A stretch of 64,000 nucleotides of DNA. Origin: Candidatus Poribacteria bacterium. GTDB taxonomy: Bacteria > Poribacteria > WGA-4E > WGA-3G. The DNA lies in assembly GCA_965198235.1 (NCBI GenBank), contig OZ240248.1:352001-416000 (forward strand), read 5' to 3'. The position numbers were made by a program, and so were the translations under genes. Positions 30,832 through 41,088 of this stretch are shown one piece after another (the stretch's first letter is position 1; each line of letters opens with the position of its first letter). Below the pieces are notes generated by a model, which was given only the letters and a program-made list of their open reading frames with translations, was not told the DNA's origin and did no database searches.

Positions 30832-30975
30832 GTTACGGATCCCATAATAGGAAAGCGTTTGTTAGTAGAAGTTTCTTGTCTAATAGCGTAGCAGGTTTTT
30901 CGGGAAAAGTCAACTTGACATTTGTTACTAAGGCGTGTTAGAATGTGGATAAGAATACATGGGTCGAGGGCTGCC

Positions 30976-31524
30976 GTGAAACTGTTTATCGCTACTGTTG
31001 TTAGCATTACTCTCTTTGGGATGCTCGTGGCTTTTGCCGACGAACAAACCGAAACAGCACCACCGAAAGTAGGCGACACAGCACCGGATTGGACGCTCCA
31101 AGATGCTGAAGAAAAGGAACACAACCTGAAGAAGCTGCGCGGCAAGGTCATTTTCCTCATTATGGGCAATCGTAAGATTCGGAAGGAAGATGACAAGTGG
31201 GCAGAAACGTTCCAGAAGGAGTACGGAGAGAACGAACAGGTTGTCGCTTATATCATTGGTGATTTACGGAGCGTTCCTGGGTTCATACCGAAACGGTTTA
31301 TCAGAAGTCAACTAAAGAAAAACCCGCCTGCTGTGAAATTCCTGCTGGATTGGAAAGGGGAAGTGCATAAGCAGTATCAGACAGAAAAAAAGAAGCCGAC
31401 GCTCTACCTAATCTCGCAGAAAGGCATTATTGCGTTCCACCGAAAAGTGAATTTCGAGCCAGAAGTTTACGCCGAACTCAAAAAAGAAATCGATAGGCTT
31501 TTGGCAACATCCGATGTGAAGTAA
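30976..31524 (+). CDS. Exported redoxin (AhpC/TSA-like) fold protein lacking cysteines
   Basis: KVGDTAPDWTLQD, LRGKV, PTLYLI; promoter-like TTGACA-N18-TAGAAT at 30915-30944. Confidence 0.75.
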   Translation: MKLFIATVVSITLFGMLVAFADEQTETAPPKVGDTAPDWTLQDAEEKEHNLKKLRGKVIFLIMGNRKIRKEDDKWAETFQKEYGENEQVVAYIIGDLRSVPGFIPKRFIRSQLKKNPPAVKFLLDWKGEVHKQYQTEKKKPTLYLISQKGIIAFHRKVNFEPEVYAELKKEIDRLLATSDVK

Positions 31525-31576
31525 TCTTTTGTGTATTTGCTCTGATCGCATAATGTTCTCCGTGGTGGAGGAAAAC

Positions 31577-32431
31577 ATGTCTACAAAGATTAAAATAGAA
31601 CCTTATTTATCTAACCCAATCTTTGCCCTTGTTACTGGTCTGTTACTGGTCGGATTCGGTTTCTTCGCGATGCGTATAGCCGCGGATGACTTACTCTTTT
31701 TTATTTTAGTGTGGGTTTTGACGATTTGTGGTTTTTCTGCTACGGTATACGGGTTCATGGGGATAGTAGAAGGCAAACGAAAATGGATCAAAGGAAACTC
31801 GAAGGAGGTGCGTTCCCTTTCCCAGAGCCTCAAGGTGCGTTATCCTACCTACATCTTGAAGGTTCACAAATTAAAAGAGAAGTATGAAACACTTCATGAG
31901 AAGTTTCCTGAAGTCCGGGCACATTCCGAGGAATTCAAACGTCGTATCAAGGTATTCCAAGCCGGATTAGTTGAATTGGAAACACAACTTCATGATAATC
32001 TGCAAAAGCAGGCGCCTGTTATGGATAACGATAACGTTGATGGTATCGCGAAGAAGGTCCTTTGGTCCAATAAACAGATTGCGCTGACGCAGCTAAAAAC
32101 TGCCTTAAAGGCATTAGAAGATTCGGAAAGCCCAGTAGTTCCAGAGAGTTATCGTGGTGTCTTGAATCGGATACATGGCGATTTCAAAAGACTTGATGGC
32201 GGTATGACGCTTTATCACGAATTGTTGACAGCGTGTACCAGTGAAACCGTAGCACTTGAAACTATCCTCGCATTGAAACAGGAAGTTGAGGAAATTGACG
32301 CGCTACTGTCGCACCACGAGACCGAATTACAAAAGTTAGAGACGGACACCCAAACACAATATGAGTTGTCGAAAATGGCACTGTCAATGTTTCAAGAGCG
32401 TTTTGAAGAGTTCAAGGCAGGTTGCGAATAA
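31577..32431 (+). CDS. Two-TM membrane protein with coiled coil
   Basis: GGAGG RBS; two hydrophobic helices, heptad-rich tail. Confidence 0.75.
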   Translation: MSTKIKIEPYLSNPIFALVTGLLLVGFGFFAMRIAADDLLFFILVWVLTICGFSATVYGFMGIVEGKRKWIKGNSKEVRSLSQSLKVRYPTYILKVHKLKEKYETLHEKFPEVRAHSEEFKRRIKVFQAGLVELETQLHDNLQKQAPVMDNDNVDGIAKKVLWSNKQIALTQLKTALKALEDSESPVVPESYRGVLNRIHGDFKRLDGGMTLYHELLTACTSETVALETILALKQEVEEIDALLSHHETELQKLETDTQTQYELSKMALSMFQERFEEFKAGCE

Positions 32432-32449
32432 CCATGAAAAGGAACAGAT

Positions 32450-33442
32450 ATGAAATATCTCGTCACCGGTTGCGCTGGATTTATTGGATGGAAAGTGACG
32501 GAATTTTTGCTCGAGGCCGAGCACACCGTTGTTGGGATCGATAACTTAAATGCCTCGTATGACACGCAGGTCAAGCAGTGGAGGCTTGAGCAACTCGAAG
32601 GCACCCCAAACTTCCACTTCCACCGTTCAGACATCTGCGACCGGGATGTGCTGCGGACGATATTCGAGGGGGTATCCACGAGAGATACCCCTACATTTGA
32701 TGCTGTGATTAATCTTGCTGCCCGCGCCGGTGTGCGGCAGTCCGTTGAAAACCCGTGGGTCTACATTGATACGAATGTAACCGGCACGCTGAATCTACTG
32801 GAGTTATGCCGCGAATTTGAAGTGAAGAAATTTGTGTTGGCATCAACATCAAGCCTATACGGTTCAAATAACAGTCTGCCATTCAGTGAGGAGACAAATA
32901 CAGATGGACCGTTGTCCCCTTATGCTGCCTCGAAAAAAGGTGCCGAGTCGATTTGCCATAGTTATCACCATCTCTACGGCATCGACGTAACAATTTTCCG
33001 TTTTTTCACTGTGTATGGACCCGCTGGCAGACCCGATATGAGCGCGTTTCGCTTTGTACATTGGATTAGCGAGGGGAAACCGGTTACCGTCTATGGCGAT
33101 GGCAAAGAATCCTCACGAGACTATACCTATCTGGATGACATAGCAAGAGGGGTGATTGCAGGGCTGAAACCGCTCAAGTACGAGGTGATTAACCTCGGTT
33201 CCGATAGTCCTATTGTGCTTATTGATACGATTCAGTTGATAGAGGAACTGGTTGGGAGAAAAGCCGAACTCTCACACCAACCGTTTCATCCGGCGGATGC
33301 CCGCGCGACGTGGGCAGACATTCGCAAAGCGGAAAAACTTTTAGGGTGGCGACCCCAAGTCAGTTTTCGTCAGGGTATCACCGCACTTGTGGAGTGGTAT
33401 CAGGCGAATCGCGAATGGGCAAAGCACATCCAGACAGGCTAA
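32450..33442 (+). CDS. NAD-dependent epimerase (UDP-glucuronate 4-epimerase-like)
   Basis: TGCAGFIG, AARAGVR, YAASK, RFFTVYGP.GRPDM. Confidence 0.93.
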   Translation: MKYLVTGCAGFIGWKVTEFLLEAEHTVVGIDNLNASYDTQVKQWRLEQLEGTPNFHFHRSDICDRDVLRTIFEGVSTRDTPTFDAVINLAARAGVRQSVENPWVYIDTNVTGTLNLLELCREFEVKKFVLASTSSLYGSNNSLPFSEETNTDGPLSPYAASKKGAESICHSYHHLYGIDVTIFRFFTVYGPAGRPDMSAFRFVHWISEGKPVTVYGDGKESSRDYTYLDDIARGVIAGLKPLKYEVINLGSDSPIVLIDTIQLIEELVGRKAELSHQPFHPADARATWADIRKAEKLLGWRPQVSFRQGITALVEWYQANREWAKHIQTG

Positions 33443-33470
33443 ACAAACCGTAGCCGTGTCTTGTGAGCCG

Positions 33471-34058
33471 TTATTGCAATAGGACAACCGCCTTTTTTAA
33501 TGCATTTGCGTCTACCTTTATTTTTGCTATTTCTGCTTCGCGTTGAACATAGGTGAGCGTATGTTCCGGACTCATCGGAGCGGCAATGTCTTGAACAATC
33601 TTATGGAGACGTTTCACATCGGCTTTCTTGATGCCGGTCTGTGCTTCAATACGGGTATGTAGCACGGCGGGGGATTCTGGTTCTTCAACGGGTGCTGCAC
33701 GTTTGGAAGGTGCTTTACTGGTTTTGGTCTTTGATTCCGCTGTGGCAGAAGTCGGTGTCTTCGCACGGCGGGTCCGTTTTCGAGATGTCCCCTGTTTGGA
33801 TGCCTGAATTTTTCCTGTCTCCAGTGATTTGACCCCACATTCCTTACACAACTTCGCTGTGATGTCAGCCAAGGTCATCGTTACAATCATTTCTGTGATT
33901 GCGCCACAGAGTTCGCATTCGTCGAGGTTTTCGATGCTTGTAAGGATCTCGGCATGTATTACGAGCATCTTCTCTTTGTCGGTTTTTGTCTGCTTCTCTT
34001 TCTGACAGAGTACGATCAATTTCTGTGCTGCTTTTTCAATTGTGTCTAAATGTCCCAT
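33471..34058 (-). CDS. Hypothetical protein with CxxC...CxxC and a basic linker
   Basis: CELC, CKEC, K/R/T/S-rich segment. Confidence 0.65.
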   Translation of the reverse strand: MGHLDTIEKAAQKLIVLCQKEKQTKTDKEKMLVIHAEILTSIENLDECELCGAITEMIVTMTLADITAKLCKECGVKSLETGKIQASKQGTSRKRTRRAKTPTSATAESKTKTSKAPSKRAAPVEEPESPAVLHTRIEAQTGIKKADVKRLHKIVQDIAAPMSPEHTLTYVQREAEIAKIKVDANALKKAVVLLQ

Positions 34059-34134
34059 GTTTTCCCCAAAGATGCGAGGCACGGTGACCTCAAGGTAAGA
34101 TGTTCTTGAACGTTATTTGTAGGCGAGATTTCTG

Positions 34135-34350
34135 ATTTTTAATTTATGGGCCTCCTCTCGTTTCTCCACTACGTTCCGAAACGGTGTTTGGTGAAGGGCA
34201 GCGTGACCGGGGACCTGTCCATTAGAAAAACAGAAAACCAAGCCTGAAACGTAGTAGAAGGGTTTTGCTTGGGTGTTTCTTCAGATCTACACAGAGGCAC
34301 GTCAAATCTCAAATTCACTCGCTTTAACCGCAAGGAAAATTAGAAAATCA
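34135..34350. repeat. Composite dispersed intergenic repeat
   Basis: TTTTTAATTTATGGG...CTCCACTACGTT...TTGGTGA resembles 41894-41953; TTTTGCTTGGG(T/C)GTTTCTT also near 1622. Confidence 0.7.
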
Positions 34351-34405
34351 TCAAAGCGTGCCTGTAGGACACTCCAATGCGTGTGTCCTTTCACAATTAT
34401 TCGGT

Positions 34406-35983
34406 TTACGACGAAGCGATGAGGGCTTTGTCTATATAAAGTTTATACTCGAAACTATCTATCAGTGCCTCGCAACTTGCGGAGATAATATTCTCTGAAA
34501 CACCGACGGTACTCCAAATCCTTTCACCATCGCTCGCTTCAATCAGCACCCGAACTTTTGAACCAGTGCCAGCTTTCGTATCCAACACCCGAACCTTGTA
34601 ATCTATGAGCCGGACTGTCTGCAAGGCGGGGTAGAACTGCTCAAGTGCTTTTCGGAGGGCAGTATCAAGGGCGTTGACGGGTCCATCTCCATCAGCGGCG
34701 GTATGTGCGGTCAGGCCGTCTGGGGTCGTGACCTTTATGGTTGCTTCGGAACGCATGGCGAAGTCACTGAACTGTTCGATAATCACGCGAAAACCGACAG
34801 GCTCAAAAAAGGATTCATATCCATTGAATACCTTATGTGTCAGAAGTTCAAACGATGCTTCGGCGGCTTCGTATTGGTAGCCATCCTGTTCCGCTTCTTT
34901 GAGGCGTTTGAAGAGTTCCAGTACCTGTGGTGAATTCTTGTCGTAATCGGGATATTCCTTCTCGATTTTCTTCATAAGGGTGCCGCGTCCCGCTTGGTCG
35001 GAAACGAGAATTCGTTGCGTATTACCGACTGTTTCCGGCACGATATGCTCATAAGTGAGGCGGTTTTTACGGATGGCATCGGTATGTAAACCCCCTTTAT
35101 GCGCAAAGGCGGAACGCCCAACGTAGGGTTGACGTTCATCATGCGGGAGGTTCGCCAATTCACTGATGAGTCGGGACACACTTGTTATCGCTTGCAATTG
35201 CGTATCGCTGAGGCACTTTATTCCGAGTTTGAGTTGAATTGTGGGGATGATAGAGGCGAGGTTCGCGTTTCCACACCGTTCACCATAGCCGTTGAATGTG
35301 CCTTGCACGTGAGTTGCGCCTGCTTGCACGGCGAGTACTGAATTTGCGGCACCCATTCCTGCGTCGTTGTGGGTATGAATACCGACAGGTAATGACAGTT
35401 CGGCGAGAACGACTTCGACACCCTCCTGAATCTCTAACGGTAATCTGCCGCCATTCGTATCACAAAGGACGAGGCAACTCGCGCCGCCAGTGGCAGCGGC
35501 TCGTAGCGTCTCTATTGCATATTCAGCATCATCGGCGTAACCATCGAAGAAATGTTCGGCATCGTAGATGACCTCGCGACCATTTTCCACGAGATAACGG
35601 ACAGAACTCTCAATTAATTCCAAGTTTTCTTTTGCTGTGACGCGCAGGACATCAGTGGCATGGAGTCGCCAACTTTTTCCAAAGATCGTTATAGTTCTTG
35701 CCCCTGTATCCAGCAAAGCGGTTAAATTTGGATCAGCCTCAGCGGTATAGGTGGGATAGCGCGTGCTACCGAACGGTACGATCGTTGCCGTTTCCAGTGC
35801 CATGCCTTTTGCCCGTTTGAAAAACTCTATGTCTTTTGGATTGGAACCGGGATAGCCACCCTCGATATAGCAGATGCCTAATTTATCCAGTGCCTCTATG
35901 ATGATGAGTTTATCTTCAACAGAAAACGCTACACCTTCTGCTTGGCTGCCATCCCTGAGTGTTGTGTCGTAAAATTCAACCAT
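34406..35983 (-). CDS. cimA: Citramalate synthase
   Basis: YDTTLRDGSQ, DAEHFFDG, HTHND, GERCGNA, HKGGLH. Confidence 0.93.
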   Translation of the reverse strand: MVEFYDTTLRDGSQAEGVAFSVEDKLIIIEALDKLGICYIEGGYPGSNPKDIEFFKRAKGMALETATIVPFGSTRYPTYTAEADPNLTALLDTGARTITIFGKSWRLHATDVLRVTAKENLELIESSVRYLVENGREVIYDAEHFFDGYADDAEYAIETLRAAATGGASCLVLCDTNGGRLPLEIQEGVEVVLAELSLPVGIHTHNDAGMGAANSVLAVQAGATHVQGTFNGYGERCGNANLASIIPTIQLKLGIKCLSDTQLQAITSVSRLISELANLPHDERQPYVGRSAFAHKGGLHTDAIRKNRLTYEHIVPETVGNTQRILVSDQAGRGTLMKKIEKEYPDYDKNSPQVLELFKRLKEAEQDGYQYEAAEASFELLTHKVFNGYESFFEPVGFRVIIEQFSDFAMRSEATIKVTTPDGLTAHTAADGDGPVNALDTALRKALEQFYPALQTVRLIDYKVRVLDTKAGTGSKVRVLIEASDGERIWSTVGVSENIISASCEALIDSFEYKLYIDKALIASS

Positions 35984-36284
35984 GTTGTTTTCACAGCAAG
36001 TTTTGGCTTGCATTTTTGAATATGGGCTTGCAAGCTTCACCCTACAATGCCAAAATTCAGTATCTCCTTTTATATTTTTGTGTCGTGACTCCTGTCTCAT
36101 CTGTCTACTGATATTTTATCACATTTCAGGGTAAAAGTCAAATTTTGTCTGCGTTTTACGGAGTGCCAACGGGAGCATAAAAGCCTTATGGTACATCTAT
36201 TTTGAACCTCTTAAAGTCGAAAATTATTAGTTGTAATCGGTTTGCATTTTGATAATTCATTCAATTGTGATATTATTGGAAATC

Positions 36285-37553
36285 ATGAAAGCATTTGCTA
36301 TTTTTCTATTTTGCGGTGCGCTGTTGCTCTCAGGTTGTGGGATATTTGCCACCAAGCCGATTCAAACCGAACCGCCGACAACTCCTGTAGACCCACTCGA
36401 AAGACTACACACCAATATTGATGCCGTTTTGGAGGAAGTGTTGTTCACAACTGCAAGCATCGGCATCAAGGTTGTTGCCGTTGAAACAGGGGAAGTGATT
36501 TACGAAAAAAATAGCCACAAGTTACACCACCCTGCCTCTACAACGAAACTCTTCACAGCAGCGACTGCTTTGGCGAAACTGGGGTCGGACTACCAATTTG
36601 AAACAACACTTTACGCTGATGCCGTTGTGAAGGGTGAAGTCGTAGGAAACATCTATCTAAAAGGCAGGGCTGACCCGGTGCTCCAACCTCAAGACATCGT
36701 GAAATTAAGCGATGCATTGCTTCAAATCGGTGTGAAGTCGATACAGGGTGACATCGTCGTTGACGAAACATATCTCGATGCCATTTGGGAAGGTCCGGGG
36801 TGGATGTGGGACGATAGACCGCTGTGGATCAGTGCTTTGAGTATCCGAGAAGTCGAACCCGATGCAAGCAAAATGAGCAGGGCACTTGCCTGTGGACATC
36901 TCTTGAAAACTGTGCTTATGGAAAAAGGCGTTAACGTAATGGGTGATGTAGTGCCAGGAACAGTCTCATCAGATGCACACAGCGTAGCGAAACATCTATC
37001 GCCGCCACTCGCCGACATTCTCAAACTGATGAACAAACCGAGTGACAATTGGATCGCTGAATTGATTTTCAAGACAATAGGTGCTGAAGTGATCGGTGAA
37101 CCGGGGACGTGGAAAAAAGGGAGAGAAGTTGTCACTGAGTTTTTGGCAGAAATCATGGAGGAACCGCCGATGCATCGGTTCGTTGACGGTTCTGGGCTCT
37201 CTCGGTACAATCTCCTCAACGCGGAATTGCTCACGAAGTTGCTCGTTTATATGTATCACAATTTTGAATTGATGCCGGAGTATCTGGCATCACTTCCGAT
37301 TGCTGGTGTCGATGGCACCTTGAAAAGTCGGATGCAAGGCGTGTCCGCCGAAAAGGTATTGCGTGCGAAAACGGGGACGTTAAGCGGTGTTTCTGCGCTT
37401 GCTGGCTACACCGTGACAGCAGACGATGAGGTGTTTGCGTTCGGCATTCTCATCAGCCATTATGTCGGTCCAGCAAGATCAGCGCGAAATATCCAAGATA
37501 AGATTGGGAATTATCTGACGGGGTTTAGTCGTCATTCTTCTATGAAGCGTTAG
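36285..37553 (+). CDS. dacB: D-Ala-D-Ala carboxypeptidase/endopeptidase (PBP4, peptidase S13), lipoprotein
   Basis: LSGC lipobox, PASTTK, SDN, DGSGLS, KTGTL. Confidence 0.92.
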   Translation: MKAFAIFLFCGALLLSGCGIFATKPIQTEPPTTPVDPLERLHTNIDAVLEEVLFTTASIGIKVVAVETGEVIYEKNSHKLHHPASTTKLFTAATALAKLGSDYQFETTLYADAVVKGEVVGNIYLKGRADPVLQPQDIVKLSDALLQIGVKSIQGDIVVDETYLDAIWEGPGWMWDDRPLWISALSIREVEPDASKMSRALACGHLLKTVLMEKGVNVMGDVVPGTVSSDAHSVAKHLSPPLADILKLMNKPSDNWIAELIFKTIGAEVIGEPGTWKKGREVVTEFLAEIMEEPPMHRFVDGSGLSRYNLLNAELLTKLLVYMYHNFELMPEYLASLPIAGVDGTLKSRMQGVSAEKVLRAKTGTLSGVSALAGYTVTADDEVFAFGILISHYVGPARSARNIQDKIGNYLTGFSRHSSMKR

Positions 37554-37615
37554 GAATTAACTTCTCTGAGGCAAGTAAGAGCAACTGGAAGTGCTGCTCT
37601 ATTGATGTAATTTTC

Positions 37616-37658
37616 TTGACATATAGGTTTAAATACGCTATAATTAGGCTTAAATACG
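37616..37658 (+). promoter_or_regulatory. Consensus sigma70 promoter overlapped by a 14-bp direct-repeat operator candidate
   Basis: TTGACA-N17-TATAAT (37616-37644); TAGG(T/C)TTAAATACG at 37624 and 37645. Confidence 0.7.
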
Positions 37659-37898
37659 TTGTAGTCGTTGCAATTTTCAGATTGCTAGGTAGATTTATTG
37701 AAAGCCTGCCAGTTTTTGTCAACTTTTTTCTATATACCCATACTTGGGCTGGGCATGGTATACTGAGGGTGGTTTTGGAATGCCGAGCAAATAAGGAAGT
37801 AGATGTTAACAAAATGTCCTCGCCTATTTTATCATAGCAAAAAACTTATGTTCATGTAAGGTTAACATATTGCATTACGACAGAGGAAACCAGAGATT

Positions 37899-38645
37899 AT
37901 GTTAAGAGCATACCTCGGGGAATTTACCCCTTCATCTGAAATCGAAGATGCTGATGGATTGGACATGCTTGGACTTGATACATTGCCCCAGGAGCAACTT
38001 GCGCCACATGCGCCATCGGCAGGAGATATCGATGAATTTAGTCAGGCACTTGGAGTCCAAGAGCAAGCACCTGTCAAATTTAGCTCGTCACCGATACAAG
38101 AGAGTTCTGATACTACATCAGCCATAGCAGGGCAGAGGAACTATGCGACTCAAGAAGTCAGTAGATTTCAATTGCTTGTTGCTGCTGTGGGCGCGCTTGT
38201 CAACGTAACTGAAGATCGACTCTTAACTACGCTGACAGAAAATGATCATCAAGGGCTTGTCACAGCATTAGACAAGTTAATCGATGTTGTTGGTGAAGAT
38301 GAAAATCATCTTTTTGCTCCATTGATGCATTTCATCGGTAAACTCATCGAGAAGTATGAAGAAACATCTAATGTGACACATCAATATGAATCCTTGGACA
38401 GAGAAGAAGTTGAGAATGAATTGCCTTTACCTGCTCAAGACCTTGAAGCCGCATATAGTGATGCCGAACCCGAGTACACGCTTGATATGCTCATCTCCGT
38501 AAATCCTGACTACGCAGGCCTTAACGAGGAAGGAACTGTCAGTTTACGTGTACCTGCGCGCGGTCTTGAGGCAGCTTATGGCAATGATGAACCCGAATAT
38601 ACCCTCGACATGCTTACCTCGGCAAATCCTGAGTATGATGTATAG
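37899..38645 (+). CDS. Acidic chimeric antitoxin-like protein with duplicated C-terminal motif
   Basis: HigA-like LDKLIDVVGEDENH...IGKLIEKYE; LEAAY..EPEYTLDML.S.NP.Y twice. Confidence 0.7.
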   Translation: MLRAYLGEFTPSSEIEDADGLDMLGLDTLPQEQLAPHAPSAGDIDEFSQALGVQEQAPVKFSSSPIQESSDTTSAIAGQRNYATQEVSRFQLLVAAVGALVNVTEDRLLTTLTENDHQGLVTALDKLIDVVGEDENHLFAPLMHFIGKLIEKYEETSNVTHQYESLDREEVENELPLPAQDLEAAYSDAEPEYTLDMLISVNPDYAGLNEEGTVSLRVPARGLEAAYGNDEPEYTLDMLTSANPEYDV

Positions 38646-39339
38646 ACCCCCCAAACCTATCGCAGAGCGCGACGTAATTCTCGTTTATTTACTCGGAAAT
38701 TCCCAGTCCTTTCTCAATAGAGTTCAGGTATACCTTAGGGCGAGAGAAAAATTAGTTGGCCTGCCTCCTGAAGATCTGCAACGCCATCAAAAACGGATAG
38801 ACGATACGCTTGAGGCGAATTCGGATGATATACAAGCACTCTTGGAGTTGGCAGTGCTTCTTGAGATGCAGGATGATCTTCCTGAAGCAACAAACGCACT
38901 TGAGGATGTACTTGAGATACTCTCAGAACGTCAGGAGGACAGTTCTGATGTTTACATACCGCTAGGATCTCTGTATGAACGCCAAGAACGATACGACGAG
39001 GCACGCCATGCTTATGAGGAAGGAGAAAAGTCAGGATTAAAACTTAGACCTGCGATTTGCCTGCGAAAATTACCGCCGACTTATTATAAGGAATTCCTCG
39101 TTTGCGGCATAAGTTCACAAATAACGCGGAGCGAAGCGAATTTTGATGAAGTTGTTGGAAACACAGTTGATAATAGTGTAAAACTTAATGCTAAACAATC
39201 TGTGATTCGAGTCGGCTTCTTAGGGCGAGTCCGAACGGAGGAAATAGTCGGAAGTATAGGTGAGATATCAACTGTTCGCCACAGGCGTTTATTGAAAAAA
39301 TTAAGTGAGTATTTGGTTAATTCAAAACATCGCGTGTAG
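38635..39339 (+). CDS. PemK/MazF-family toxin with internal TPR insertion
   Basis: RDVILV...KLRPAICL...FLVCGISSQ...SVIRVGFL...IVGSIGEIS; start overlaps the upstream stop. Confidence 0.75.
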   Translation: MMYRPPKPIAERDVILVYLLGNSQSFLNRVQVYLRAREKLVGLPPEDLQRHQKRIDDTLEANSDDIQALLELAVLLEMQDDLPEATNALEDVLEILSERQEDSSDVYIPLGSLYERQERYDEARHAYEEGEKSGLKLRPAICLRKLPPTYYKEFLVCGISSQITRSEANFDEVVGNTVDNSVKLNAKQSVIRVGFLGRVRTEEIVGSIGEISTVRHRRLLKKLSEYLVNSKHRV

Positions 39340-39630
39340 TGTTTCAAACAGTCGTTTTACCGTTCCAAATTTCAATTGGATTGTAGTAGAATTTCCTCTT
39401 CTACTTTACTCACAACTACCATAGGAGAGTTGGGCTTTGTGATGCATTGCATGAGATAAAATGAAGTGCAAATTGCTGTCTGGTTTGAATCTCCGAGTAG
39501 AAATTGATAGTCGTAAATACCGCCATGCCCCATTCGCTCACACACAATTGTTCCTACTTGAAATCGGTGTCATCAAGCGGACTTGATCCCCGAAAACGGC
39601 ATGATGTGAGACACAACATCAAAGGTAACT

Positions 39631-41040
39631 GTGAACGCAAAAACGCTAATTGAAATCATAGAAAATATCAGTAATCTGCAGAAAGTTGGATCAGTAGCCG
39701 AAACTGTGCAAAAGGAACTGCAGAACACTCAATTGTCTCTGATAGACAGAGCGATAATTGATGCCTATCTGTTGCAACGGGATGGAAAAATTGCGGATGC
39801 CATGGAAAAGTGGCAATCCATCGTAAATATTGCAGAAGGAATAGATAATGAACTCGCTTCCTATGCTTGGTTTTCCATCGGCGGTCTCTTGTCGGATAAC
39901 AATCAAGAAGATGCCTGTCTCGCTTACGATAACGCGATTAGCCTTAAGCCGGATAATGCCGTCTACTACAACAATCGAGGAGCCACAAAATCACTTTTAG
40001 AACAATATGAGTCCGCTATTTCTGATTATAATGAGGCGATACGTCTGAATCCCGAGTATGTGGACGCTTATTACAATAGAGGATGGGCAAGAAGCGAACT
40101 CCATCAATACGAATCCGCAGTTAACGACTATAATGAGGTGATACGCCTGAATCCTGAGTATACTGATGCCTACTACAACCGTGCGAGAGCGAAAAATAGG
40201 CTCAAGCACCATGAGGCTGCAATCGCCGATTATGACGAAGTCCTGCGTCTAAAACCGGATTATGCAGAAGCTTACAGTAATCGAGGGATAGCAAAAGGGA
40301 CGTTGGGGCACCATGAGGCTGCGATTGCTGATTTTGACGAAAGTATAAAACTCAATCCGGATGGTGCCCATGCCTATTTTATGCAAGGGCATGCAAAGGA
40401 TGTCTTGGAACGTTATGAGGAAGCAATTGTTGACTTTGATGAAGGTATAAAACGCAAACCAGGTGATGTTTACGCCTACTTTAGGCGTGGCTCAGCAAAG
40501 ATTAGATTAGAATACTATAAGACTGCAATTATTGATTTTGATGAGGTCATTCGGCTTAAACCAGATTTTGCGCAAGCTTATTTCATGCGTGGACGTGCGA
40601 AACTTAAATTAGAACGTTATGAGGGCGCGATTGCTGATTTTGATAAAAGCATTGAACTCAAACCGGATTTTCCTGAAACCTACTTCTTACGTGGCTATGC
40701 CAAACATGAACTAAAATGCTATGAAGCTGCGATTGCTGATTTTGATAAAAGCATTGAACTCAAACCAGATGACGCTGAAGCCTATAACAATCGCGGTTTT
40801 TCAAAAATTAAGTTAGATCGGACTGAGTCAGCTCTTATTGACTGTGACGAAGCGATTCGTCTAAACCCATCCTTGGCTGAAGCTTATCACACCCGAGGCG
40901 AAGCGAATGCCCTCTTGGAAAGAATTCAAGAAGCAAAAACGGATTTCCAGAAAGCCTTGGAGTTAGCAGAACAAATCGACAACCAAGATCTCAAAACTGA
41001 GATTGAGGATTCGCTTCAAGAACTTAACAACGCCGAGTAG
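39631..41040 (+). CDS. Tetratricopeptide repeat protein
   Basis: About 11 tandem 34-aa repeats (AYYNRG...AIADYDE.I.L.P). Confidence 0.93.
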   Translation: MNAKTLIEIIENISNLQKVGSVAETVQKELQNTQLSLIDRAIIDAYLLQRDGKIADAMEKWQSIVNIAEGIDNELASYAWFSIGGLLSDNNQEDACLAYDNAISLKPDNAVYYNNRGATKSLLEQYESAISDYNEAIRLNPEYVDAYYNRGWARSELHQYESAVNDYNEVIRLNPEYTDAYYNRARAKNRLKHHEAAIADYDEVLRLKPDYAEAYSNRGIAKGTLGHHEAAIADFDESIKLNPDGAHAYFMQGHAKDVLERYEEAIVDFDEGIKRKPGDVYAYFRRGSAKIRLEYYKTAIIDFDEVIRLKPDFAQAYFMRGRAKLKLERYEGAIADFDKSIELKPDFPETYFLRGYAKHELKCYEAAIADFDKSIELKPDDAEAYNNRGFSKIKLDRTESALIDCDEAIRLNPSLAEAYHTRGEANALLERIQEAKTDFQKALELAEQIDNQDLKTEIEDSLQELNNAE

Positions 41041-41088
41041 AAGATAATTTGATTTTACTCGGTGAGTCAACCCGCCGTACAACTCTCA

